A stretch of DNA of 20,051 nucleotides, taken from Azolla caroliniana (Eukaryota; Plantae; Polypodiophyta). Numbering within the stretch: the stretch's first letter is position 1; each line of letters opens with the position of its first letter. A model generated the notes under the pieces. It had not been told where the DNA came from. It did no database searches and saw only the letters and a list, made by a program, of their open reading frames with translations. A program made the position numbers and the translations under genes. Where the stretch lies: contig JBHGNT010000581.1 in assembly GCA_043228905.1 (NCBI GenBank), forward strand, positions 1-20,051. The letters run 5' to 3'. Below, in pieces: positions 10,870 to 20,051 of the stretch.

Positions 10870-12330
10870 TTGGTTCTATGTTAGCTAAGACTAACTACAC
10901 AACATTTGATAATCTCCAAAACTTTCCCCCACAGTGATTGTATTGAATTCATCACCTTCTCACTAGACTTCTTTGACAATGGCAATAACAAGAGATAAAC
11001 CACCTTAAGTCTTAAATGAGAAAACCAAATTTGGGACATCCAATACATAAACTTTGCTTGATGCCTTTTACGCACACATTCATTAAGCTTAACATGGGAG
11101 GCCTCCACCTAATTGGGTAGCCTAGATGTTGACAAGTCCCCCATCGTGCTCTATCCATCTTGACCATACAAGCTTATTTGTTTTTGTTTAGTAATGAAAT
11201 GAGAACAATTTTATGCATTGTAAAGTGGAAGAGAGAATCTCTTGAATTTCCACTAGATTATCATTTGCTGAATAATATGTTATCAACAAGTTCCAAATGT
11301 CCAATAAAGTTCAAATTGAAATATCCCAATTTTCTTGTAAAACCCCCTCACAATCCATATATGCATCTGATCTAACCTACTCCATGTGACCTTAAATTGT
11401 GTTGACTAAAAGGTGTAACTCTGTTCATCTCACTCAATCCATTTCCATACAATCCTTTGCATCACATATAATTCTAAATTCTCCCAATCTTGAGCCTTAT
11501 TAAAACCATCCATAATGGAAGGAATGGATGTTGATTGATTCGCTTTCCTACAAGCATTAAAATCTCCCAGCAATAACCTTAGTTGACCATTTTCTAACAC
11601 AAAAACCAACTTCCATAATGATCTTCATTCATGTCACGCATAAGATAGATATAAACCAAATTACCATAATAATTGCCCTTCATACAAGATTCAACACTAT
11701 AAATCTACCACATTCATATGTGATAACTACTTGCGCTTGATATTGATCCTTAATAAGCAACACAATACTTGAATAGTCACTTTGAACTCTACATGCATAA
11801 CATAAATGATGTATATGCCTTATTAGAAATGACTAATCAAACATTATTATGCCACACCTCATGCATTTTGAATTGGGAAAACACTCATGTAATAGCCATT
11901 ATACTTCATCGTTTCCTTCAAGACTAGTTATTCCCTTTTCCTTCATTGACGATGTTTCAAGTTTCAACCAATCTTTGAAAGAAAACCCCCAATATCAATA
12001 TCGCATAAGAATAAGGATGAGAATGTAGCAATGTTGTTATCAATGCCTCCCGCTTTTGGACATTGAACATCTTTGCTTATGCCATAGAGTAATCAAACTT
12101 CCATTGCTATCAAAGGACAATCTCTTAGGAAACTCCTGTCGACATGCCCAATGCATATATTTCACACAAAAACCACCTTTTCCACATTTGGTTTATTCCC
12201 ATGGGTCAATATTGGCCTCTTTATGGATGCTAAGAAAATAGATTCTATCTATCTTCAATCTTTCAAGCTAATGTTGGCCATTGTCCATCCTCCTCAAGGA
12301 ACTTCCCAATCTTCTCAATCACTTTGCTTC
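10870..12330 (-). mobile_element. Decayed, internally deleted LINE: ORF1 zinc-knuckle remnant, APE endonuclease remnant and RT C-terminal remnant
   Basis: Minus-strand motifs appear in LINE order: CRQ..FLRDCPL (~12105-12145), RSLWK...LLLGDFNAC (GDFN at 11556-11567), YTF...TWSRLD (SRLD at 11370-11381), QHLGYPI (~11110-11130) and KFMYWMSQIWFSHLRLKVV..LLPLSKK..SLWG (ORF 10881-11108). The RT catalytic core is missing; boundaries are approximate. Confidence 0.75.
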
Positions 12331-12829
12331 CTTATTTGCTCTTAGCTTATCCGAGAGGTAAGTTCGTAGGCTACTAATCATTGACCTTGGTTTGAAGGCT
12401 CGACTTTCACACCTCTCTATTACACCATATAAAATGTACGAGTTGAATGCATAACCTTATGGTCTCAATTGGACAACCTTACTAACTATGTTGGCTTGTG
12501 TGTGAGTGTAAATAGTAATACATTAATTACAAAAGTCAAATTACAATAATAGATTGAATATGATTATCATATCCACTCACCACAAAATTAAAAAGGGTTC
12601 TCATGGCATCCTTCATCTCGTTCAAGATACATCCTTAGTTATGGGGCTATATAGTCCCATGTGATAAAAGGCCAATGCAAATGACTGACATGATGCCATG
12701 CCAACCTAATGATCATTAATTCCTCCTATGACAACCTCCTAGAAGTCTCTAATAAGGAAAGTTGTCATACTAGTATGCCTTTTAATTGTGAAATATATCT
12801 TTCAACCCCATTTTCGGCATAAGAAAAAG

Positions 12830-13260
12830 CATTTTGCATCCCATTCAATTATGTTGTAATCCCCAATATATTCCATAGTAAAATATTATTTCAAAATGTG
12901 GTGAAGAAATTCTCAATTGCACACGACCAAACACCTATAGAAACGAAGATTTCAATGCTCCACTCATAGAAGAACCCAATACGTATAAATTTCCAGATTG
13001 CCATTGACACTAGACAGCCGATAATTTGATGTCAACTCCATTCCTTTGAAACTATGCAAAACGAATATTGTATTCGAGAAGCGATACTTGCTCTTCTCAA
13101 AGCAACTCCTCGAGGTTATCATGGCCCTCCAAATAAATACCTTAGCTTTGAGAGGAAGATGAGGTTGGCATCCCATTTGCACCACACTTCACCACCACCT
13201 GTTGGCTCTTATTATTCCCCATTCTTTATTAACCGGTTCTACCATCCATGTCTACCAATC
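12830..13260 (-). mobile_element. LINE 3' fragment (zf-RVT-like zinc-binding region)
   Basis: LPLKAKVFIWRAM in ORF 12964-13185 matches the P.K.K.F.WR signature that precedes zf-RVT in plant LINEs. The rest is frameshifted. Confidence 0.6.
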
Positions 13261-13424
13261 AATTAGTTTATGATATACATGATTTATTTTCACTTTAGGC
13301 TTTCCTTTATTGCAATTAGCTTACCCTAATTGTAAGTTGTTAATCTGCCAACCTTATGTTTTGGGTTTGAAACCTAGTTTTTTCACCTCTCTTTTACTCC
13401 ATACATATCCTCTGAATTTACTGT

Positions 13425-13426
<2 letters not shown>

Positions 13427-13486
<60 letters not shown>

Positions 13487-13491
13487 TCTCT
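13427..13491. repeat. (CT)n microsatellite upstream of the PPR gene
   Basis: Directly visible. Confidence 0.95.
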
Positions 13492-13555
13492 CATTTGTAA
13501 AACTATGTTTGAATTAAAACAAGATTAAGAATACAAGCAACAAAACCATGTTATA

Positions 13556-13596
13556 TCTCTCTCTCTCTCTCTCTCTCACTCACACACACACACACA
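13556..13596. repeat. Compound (CT)n(CA)n microsatellite abutting the PPR start codon
   Basis: Directly visible; the ATG is at 13598. Confidence 0.95.
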
Positions 13597-13597
13597 T

Positions 13598-15913
13598 ATG
13601 AAGCTGAGGATGGGCCAAGTGTTAGAACAATCCATCTTGGGCCCAACAAAACTCGATTCCAAGCGCGAAGATCGATCTACATTATTGCTATGGATCAAAG
13701 CTTCTGGAGTGCAGAAGGATCTTCAGAGAGCCAGAACACTACACACCATCTCGTTAGGTAAAGGATTCTTCCCACAACATGTTTGCATCAGCAATGCCCT
13801 GCTGAGCTTGTATTTCAAGTGTACAGCAATAAAAGAAGCAGAGAACCTGTTTGAAAAGATCAATATAAGAAACGTTGTATCGTGGACTGCGCTTATCAGT
13901 GGGTATGTTCAATCTGGTCTCTACGACGAAGCATTGTATGGCTTCCGATTGATGCAAAGTGGAGGGTTTTCACCAAACTCGGTAACGTTTTCTTGTGTAT
14001 TGAAAGCTTGTAGTAATAAAGGAGCTCTTGAGATCGGTGAGAAGATCCATTGTGAGATACATAATCAAGGTTTGTTACAAGGAAATGTTGTTCTCGGCAC
14101 TTCATTGCTTGATATGTACGCGAAATGCCACGCATTAGGAAAAGCACAAGAAGTGTTTGATAATCTTCCTTCCCGAGATGTTGTATCGTGGAATGCATTG
14201 ATTTCTGGATATATTCAACATGGGCTTTTTGATAAAGCTTTAAATTGCTTCCAACATATGCAAGATGAGGGCATCTCGGCCAATGAAACTACTTTTTCTT
14301 GCATTTTGAAAGCATGTGGTAGCATGGAGTATCTTGAGTTGGGAGAAGAGATACATGCCCAGGTGAGAAAGCGAGGATTAATGGGCAAAAGTATAATTCT
14401 TGACAACTCAATCATAGACATGTATGCTAAATGTCAAATGCTCGGAAAAGCAGAAGATGTGTTTAATGAGCTTCCAGTAAGGGATATTGTAACATGGAAT
14501 TTACTTATCTCAGGTTACTCAACGCATGGATTATGTGAAGAAGCTATATCCCGATTCGTGCAAATGAAGGATGAGGGGTTTCTTCCAGATTCAATCACCT
14601 TTATTTGTATGTTGAGAGCCTGTGCGATCGGAGGATATCTCGAAATGGGAGAAAAGCTACATGGTGAGGTCATGGAGCAGGGACTTTTGCAAAATGATGT
14701 TTTACTTGGCACGGCTTTGATCGACATGTATGCAAAATGTAATGTGATGGAGAAAGCACAAGAAATATTTGATCAGCTTCATATCCGGAACATTGCAACT
14801 TGGAATGCATTGATTTCTGGTTATGCTAATAATGGCCTTGCCAAAGAAGCTTTGAACTATTTCGAGCAGATGCAAGATAAAGCATTCTCTCCAAACTCAG
14901 TGACATTCATTTGTGGTTTAAAAGCATGTGCTAGCTTAGGGTTCCTTGAGATGGGAGAAAGGATACATGCTGAGGTCAGGAAACAGGGGTTACTTGAGAA
15001 GGATATTCTACTTGGTGCTGCAATAATAGATATGTATGCCAAGTGTAGAATGCTAGGAAAAGCTCAGGAAGTATTTAAAATACTTCCAACATGGAATATT
15101 TCATGTTGGAGTGCTATGATTGAGGGTTATTTGGAGCATGATATGCTTTATGAAGCTTTGAACTGCGTAATGCAAATGAGAGGTAAGGGTCTTTTTCCCA
15201 AGGTATCAACATTTGGTTCCATTTTGCAAGTTTGTGGCAGTTTAGGGTGTCTGGATATTGGGGAAGAGATACATGCTATGGTTAAGAAGCATGGTTTATT
15301 GGCAAATGATACTGTGCTTGGCACTGCCTTACTTCACATGTATTGTAAATGTGGTGCACTTGGAAAAGCTGAAGAAGTGTTCAATGAGCTTCCTATAAAG
15401 AGTCTACCTTGCTGGACTGCATTGATGACTGGTTATGCTCAATTAGGTCAGGCAAGAAGGGTTTTGGATGTATTTAATATGATGATAGGGGAAGGGATTC
15501 TGCCAGATCTAGTCACTTTCCTTGTTGTATTGAATGCATGTAGCCATGGTGGCCTATTGGATGATGGGCAAAGACTCTTTGAGAATATGGACTCTGTTTA
15601 TTCTCTTACACCAAAAACAGAACATTGCACTTGTATGGTTGATCTTTTTGGGCGTGCTGGGCACTTTGACAAAGCTATGGTTGTGATAGAGAAGGTGCCA
15701 TTTTCTCAACGTCTTCAATTGTGGCTATCAATTTTAAATTCTTGCTCAAAGCGTATGAATCTGGAGCTTGGTAGATGGGCATTTGAGCAATCAATAAAGC
15801 TGGACCAAAGGTGTGCTAGTGCATATGTCTGCATGGGAAATATATATGCAGCTGCAGGTATGCATGAGGAGGCAGAAAAAATTGAAGCTTGGAGGATTGG
15901 TAATGGAGCATAG
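13598..15913 (+). CDS. PLS-class pentatricopeptide repeat protein, E subclass (no DYW), 771 aa; probable organellar RNA-editing specificity factor
   Basis: Intronless ORF with 102-aa periodicity and architecture L-S-(P-L-S)x5-P2-L2-S2-E1-E2. Motifs include VVSWNALISGY, TFSCVLKAC, LGTALIDMYAKC, FLVVLNACSHGG, CMVDLFGRAG, WLSILNSC and AYVCMGNIYAAAG. It ends at GNGA* with no HxE...CxxC deaminase motif. Confidence 0.95.
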   Translation: MKLRMGQVLEQSILGPTKLDSKREDRSTLLLWIKASGVQKDLQRARTLHTISLGKGFFPQHVCISNALLSLYFKCTAIKEAENLFEKINIRNVVSWTALISGYVQSGLYDEALYGFRLMQSGGFSPNSVTFSCVLKACSNKGALEIGEKIHCEIHNQGLLQGNVVLGTSLLDMYAKCHALGKAQEVFDNLPSRDVVSWNALISGYIQHGLFDKALNCFQHMQDEGISANETTFSCILKACGSMEYLELGEEIHAQVRKRGLMGKSIILDNSIIDMYAKCQMLGKAEDVFNELPVRDIVTWNLLISGYSTHGLCEEAISRFVQMKDEGFLPDSITFICMLRACAIGGYLEMGEKLHGEVMEQGLLQNDVLLGTALIDMYAKCNVMEKAQEIFDQLHIRNIATWNALISGYANNGLAKEALNYFEQMQDKAFSPNSVTFICGLKACASLGFLEMGERIHAEVRKQGLLEKDILLGAAIIDMYAKCRMLGKAQEVFKILPTWNISCWSAMIEGYLEHDMLYEALNCVMQMRGKGLFPKVSTFGSILQVCGSLGCLDIGEEIHAMVKKHGLLANDTVLGTALLHMYCKCGALGKAEEVFNELPIKSLPCWTALMTGYAQLGQARRVLDVFNMMIGEGILPDLVTFLVVLNACSHGGLLDDGQRLFENMDSVYSLTPKTEHCTCMVDLFGRAGHFDKAMVVIEKVPFSQRLQLWLSILNSCSKRMNLELGRWAFEQSIKLDQRCASAYVCMGNIYAAAGMHEEAEKIEAWRIGNGA

Positions 15914-16240
15914 GCATAGGAGTGCTAATGGACTTTCAAATTTCTTTTTAAGCGTGTATATGGAAAGCTAAGTGATGCCTATCACATCAAGGCCATTGCA
16001 AGGGGTGTCACACCCACCTGGCACGGTTGCCATAATGCCAGGAAACCTTGGAACAGAGGGTGAAACTATACTAGCATCATCACTGAAGACTGAAACCGAG
16101 TATATGATAAATTTGATGTGAAGGATTGACTGTCTTTCCCAGTCATCCTTAACTATCAGTATATCAACTGATGGAAACTACATCTTGACATTAATGAATG
16201 GAAATCGTTGACACGCTATAAATTCAACACCTTCAACACT

Positions 16241-16288
16241 AAAAATATCTGTTCTTCTGGTCCAACACCCAGAAGAACAGATATTTTT
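16241..16288. repeat. Perfect 20-bp inverted repeat with 8-nt loop
   Basis: AAAAATATCTGTTCTTCTGG (16241-16260), loop TCCAACAC, CCAGAAGAACAGATATTTTT (16269-16288). Confidence 0.95.
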
Positions 16289-16725
16289 CCAAGGGAATGT
16301 TTGAAAATCTTGAGAATGTCCAAGCAAGAAGGATGGTCTGGATTTTCCATACATTACAAGTTGGCAACCAGCCGTCTGTATGCTGTAAGAGATCAAATTT
16401 TCGACATATATACATTGGATGCCCAGATATTACATACCACATGCAATAAAGTTCTTGTTTGCCCAGAAGATACATTAAGATGGGCTCCCATGTATGGTGC
16501 CATAATATGGGCTCTCTTTCTTCATGAAGGATTAAAGTTGTTCTGATATTAGCACCTGATGATGTTACTCTTTGTTGCTGTGGACTAGCATTTGTCCTCT
16601 TAAAGCCAGTCAAAGTGAGAGAATCAGAGCTCAGAGGAGGCATCATTGTCTTTCAGTTCTCATTCATTGGGGAATAATGGTGACTGTGACCCTGTTTTCA
16701 ATCTTTGTTTTGTACTACAAACCTT

Positions 16726-16918
16726 TTTCCACATGAGGAGTCATTGCTTCTGTTACAGCCTGGAATATACGAAAGCAAGATTATAAAACAGTGTTCTTTT
16801 TTTTCATCAGAATACTCTCCTGTTTCCACATGAGTCATTGCTTCTGTTACAACCTGGAATATCCAGAAAGGAAGATTATAAAATACTGTATCTTTTTTTT
16901 CATCAGAATACTCTCCTG
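16726..16918. repeat. Diverged direct tandem duplication, 2 x ~96 bp
   Basis: TTTCCACATGAG...GTCATTGCTTCTGTTACA...CATCAGAATACTCTCCTG occurs at 16726-16822 and 16823-16918, with several substitutions and indels. Confidence 0.9.
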
Positions 16919-17019
16919 CTGCTGGATTTGTAAATTTGACATTCTCCTTGATGCATAACCCCAATAGATGTTTGTAATGATTTTAACGAATATGGTGAAA
17001 TTCTTGGTGGATAGTAAGT

Positions 17020-19246
17020 AATTGCAAATTCCTTTCAACATCAGAGTACCAATAATATCCTGGTATCTCGCATGTCACAAAGTTTCAGTCTCAAAGCTTT
17101 CATTTTCACTGCTTTGACACTTTGACAGTAGCAGTTGAATGTATATTTTTCATATGAACATAAGCTGGAACACACTTTGCATCCAATTGTATTGATTTCT
17201 AAAATGCTCATGTGGCAAGTTATGTATTTACCCAATTATGGCAAGCATCCAAAAGAGCCAACCATAATTAAAGACAATCAGAAGGTGACACCTTCTTGAT
17301 CACAACTTTGGATTTCTCAAAGTGTCCTGCACTACCCAAATATCAACCATACAGTTATAGTGTTCTAAAGTTGGCATGAGAGAGTAGACAGACTTCATAT
17401 CCTTAAGGATTCTCTCACCCTCCTTAACAAGATCATTGTGACTACATGCACTTAAAAAGAATGAGAAATGAAATTGGGTCAGGAAAAACTCCTTCCCTGA
17501 TCATTTTTCTAAATGATTCCAAAACCATTTTGAACTGGTCAAGTTGAGCATCGCCAGACAAGTGCGATCCAAGCAGAGACATCCTGTGTCAGAAACTTAT
17601 CGAACACTTATTCTGCCTTCAAAAGAATACCACATTTAGCGCACATGTCCACCAATGCAATAATCCTTGCTTGCACCTCACCATGTATCCGTTCTCCCAT
17701 TTCAATGATCCTAAACTGCCTGAGGCTTTAAAAATGCAAATAAAAGTGATTATATTTGGAAAATGCCTTCATCTTGCATCTTCTTGAAGCAACTCAAAGC
17801 TTCATAATGCCCATGCCCATGTTGTGTATATCCAGCAATTAGGGTATTCCAAGACACAATGTCTGGTGTTGGAAGTTCATCAAATACTTCTTGTGCTTTT
17901 CCCATGACATTGCATATGGCATACATGTCTACCAATGCATGCCCAAGGACAATGTTTTCTTCCAACAATAAGTAACCCTGTTTTCGAACCTCACTGTGTA
18001 TCTCTTCTCCCACCTCAAGAGCTTATATGCCATCACAACCTTTCAAAATGAAAGTAAATGTGATTACATCTGATGAAAAACCCTCAACACGCATGTTCCG
18101 GTAGCAATTCAAAGCTTCTTGACCAAATCCATTCCGAGTATACCTCACTGTGTATCTCTTCTCCCACCTCAAGAGCTTATATGCCATCACAACCTTTCAA
18201 AATGAAAGTAAATGTGATTACATCTGATGAAAAACCCTCAACACGCATGTTCCGGTAGCAATTCAAAGCTTCTTGACCAAATCCATTCCGAGTATACCTC
18301 ACTGTGTATCTCTTCTCCCACCTCAAGAGCTTATATGCCATCACAACCTTTCAAAATGAAAGTAAATGTGATTACATCTGATGAAAAACCCTCAACACGC
18401 ATGTTCCGGTAGCAATTCAAAGCTTCTTGACCAAATCCATTCCGAGTATACCTCACTGTGTATCTCTTCTCCCACCTCAAGAGCTTATATGCCATCACAA
18501 CCTTTCAAAATGAAAGTAAATGTGATTACATCTGATGAAAAACCCTCAACACGCATGTTCAAGTAGCAATGCAAAGCTTCTTGACCAAATCCATTCCGGG
18601 TATACCCAGCAATTAGCGTGTTCCAAGCCACAACATCCTGTAAAGGAATTTCACCAAACACTTTTTGTGCTTTTTCAAGCATTGCACATTTGCCATACAT
18701 GTCTACCACTGCAGTTCTAAGAATGATATTATTTTCCAATAGCCTTTGCTTGGCAATTTCTGCATGCATTTCTTCTCCCAACTTAAGACCAACTATGCTA
18801 CCACAAGCTTTCAGGACATGAACATAAGAGATCCCATCATCTAGCATTTGTCTGAAGCAGTTCAAAGCTTCACTAGTGCGTCCAACTTGAACATATCCAG
18901 AAATTAGTACATTCCAAGATATAACATCCTTCATTGGAAGCTCGTCAAATATATTTTGTGCTTCTCTTAGCATTCCACATTTAGCATACATATCCACCAC
19001 CAAAGCTGTGCCAACGACAAGGTTCTTTTCAAGTAGTTTTCTTTCTTTTATCTTCTTGTGAATCTTTTTCCCAGCCTCAAGGCATCACGGTTGGCCACAT
19101 GCCTTCAAAACACATATAATTCACTTCATTGGAGATAAACCCTCATTTCGCATCCGTTTGAATTGATCCAAAGCTTCGATTCCGAGCCCATGGCCTCCCT
19201 GCAATGGGTAGAGAAGAGATTGAGAAGGAAAAGACGTTACCTTCAT
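17020..19246 (-). pseudogene. PLS-class PPR pseudogene (E1/E2 plus PG-box-like remnant)
   Basis: Minus-strand PPR fragments occur in order: HGLGIEALDQFKRM, ORF 18485-19003, ORF 17750-18013, SACSHNDLVKEG...LEHYNCMVDI, WLALLDAC, KSIQLDAKCVPAYVHMKNI and IPGYYWYSD (~17040-17066). There are numerous in-frame stops, frameshifts, a small deletion near 17660 and a frame-breaking tandem array. Confidence 0.9.
17989..18604. repeat. Tandem array of 4 x 154 bp inside the PPR pseudogene
   Basis: Units start at 17989, 18143, 18297 and 18451. Copies 1-3 read as identical and copy 4 differs at 4 positions. The array explains the repeated 61-aa ORFs. Confidence 0.97.
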
Positions 19247-20051
19247 GATATGGGCCAGTGAAACAGAAAAAGATTTGCAAACCAAATCATTTTCTTTTGG
19301 AGGGAAGAAACTTTTGCCCTTCTTCTTCTTCTTCTTTGTCAAGGGTATTAGTGATATTTCTAAAACCTGAAAAAAGGCCATAAAATGGTGTGGCTAGTGC
19401 ATAGCAGCTAAGTATCCGAAAGTGTCCAAAATTATGTGTTGAATGCAATTTTACATATCGAATCGAATGCAGACGTTTTGATCTAGTTCCATCCCAATTG
19501 TAAGTATGTTCTTTTGTTTTTGCAAAGGACAAGTGCACAAAAGTATGTGATATATTGAACCGTATTGATATGCTTGTTCCAAGAGCTGAATGATTTCGTT
19601 TCAAATTTGTATTAAATCCGTAAGATGTGGCATGTAGTGTCTATGAGGTTGTTCAATTAGATATGGTGTGTGGGATCATTAGGGTTTTTCTCTAATTGAT
19701 TTCAAGTAATTAATCAAAAAAATTTAATTCAAACAAATTTTGGCTTAATTGATTTAAAGTAATCAATGAAATTGTTGTTCATTTATCGAAACATGGTTGT
19801 ATCATATTCCAAAGTGTTCATTTGCTTATGTTTGTGAAGATTCATGATAAGTGGGATTCAATTCCACCACTTAAACAAGAATGTATAGATTGTAGTAATG
19901 CCTACTACTAGTTGCAGATGTGCAATTTATGAAGATATGTCTCCTCATTTGTTGCTGTCAATATCTCCACCTCATCATTTTGTGGCATCATCAATGCCTC
20001 CATATGCAAACTTAACCATATAGTGAGCATGTGTAATGCTAATTATGCACC

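Noticed and set aside
13754-15042. Short minus-strand ORFs inside the PPR gene
   Set aside because: Antisense shadow ORFs of a repetitive coding region, with no independent support.
16178-16646. Overlapping ORFs between the PPR copies as a DYW domain or separate gene
   Set aside because: No HxE(x)nCxxC or DYW-type terminus and no recognisable domain.
17989-18604. CRISPR-like array, or a family of repeated 61-aa peptides (ORFs at 18073, 18227, 18381, 18535)
   Set aside because: Contiguous repeats without unique spacers, no cas genes and a eukaryotic context. The peptides are antisense shadows of PPR sequence.

Overview
AT-rich eukaryotic land-plant nuclear DNA; the PPR sequence style suggests a fern, but this is inference. 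Contents: (1) A + strand spliced gene that the ORF track mostly misses. I reconstruct 7 phase-consistent coding exons (4682-7977, 591 aa, one GC-AG intron). It carries a canonical eIF4E-binding motif (YSKDFLL) and blocks resembling plant CBE1-type translational regulators. Two probable leader exons carry a splice-dependent uORF. (2) Heavily decayed LINE fragments on the - strand (~9800-13260). (3) An intact, intronless PLS-class PPR gene with E1/E2 domains and no DYW (13598-15913, +). (4) A convergent PLS-PPR pseudogene of the same subfamily (~17020-19246, -), interrupted by a very young 4 x 154-bp tandem array. The spacer between the PPR copies holds a perfect 20-bp hairpin and a ~96-bp duplication. 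Several microsatellites are present. No prokaryotic systems, CRISPR arrays or recognisable RNA genes were seen. All family assignments are from motif recognition by eye, not database searches.
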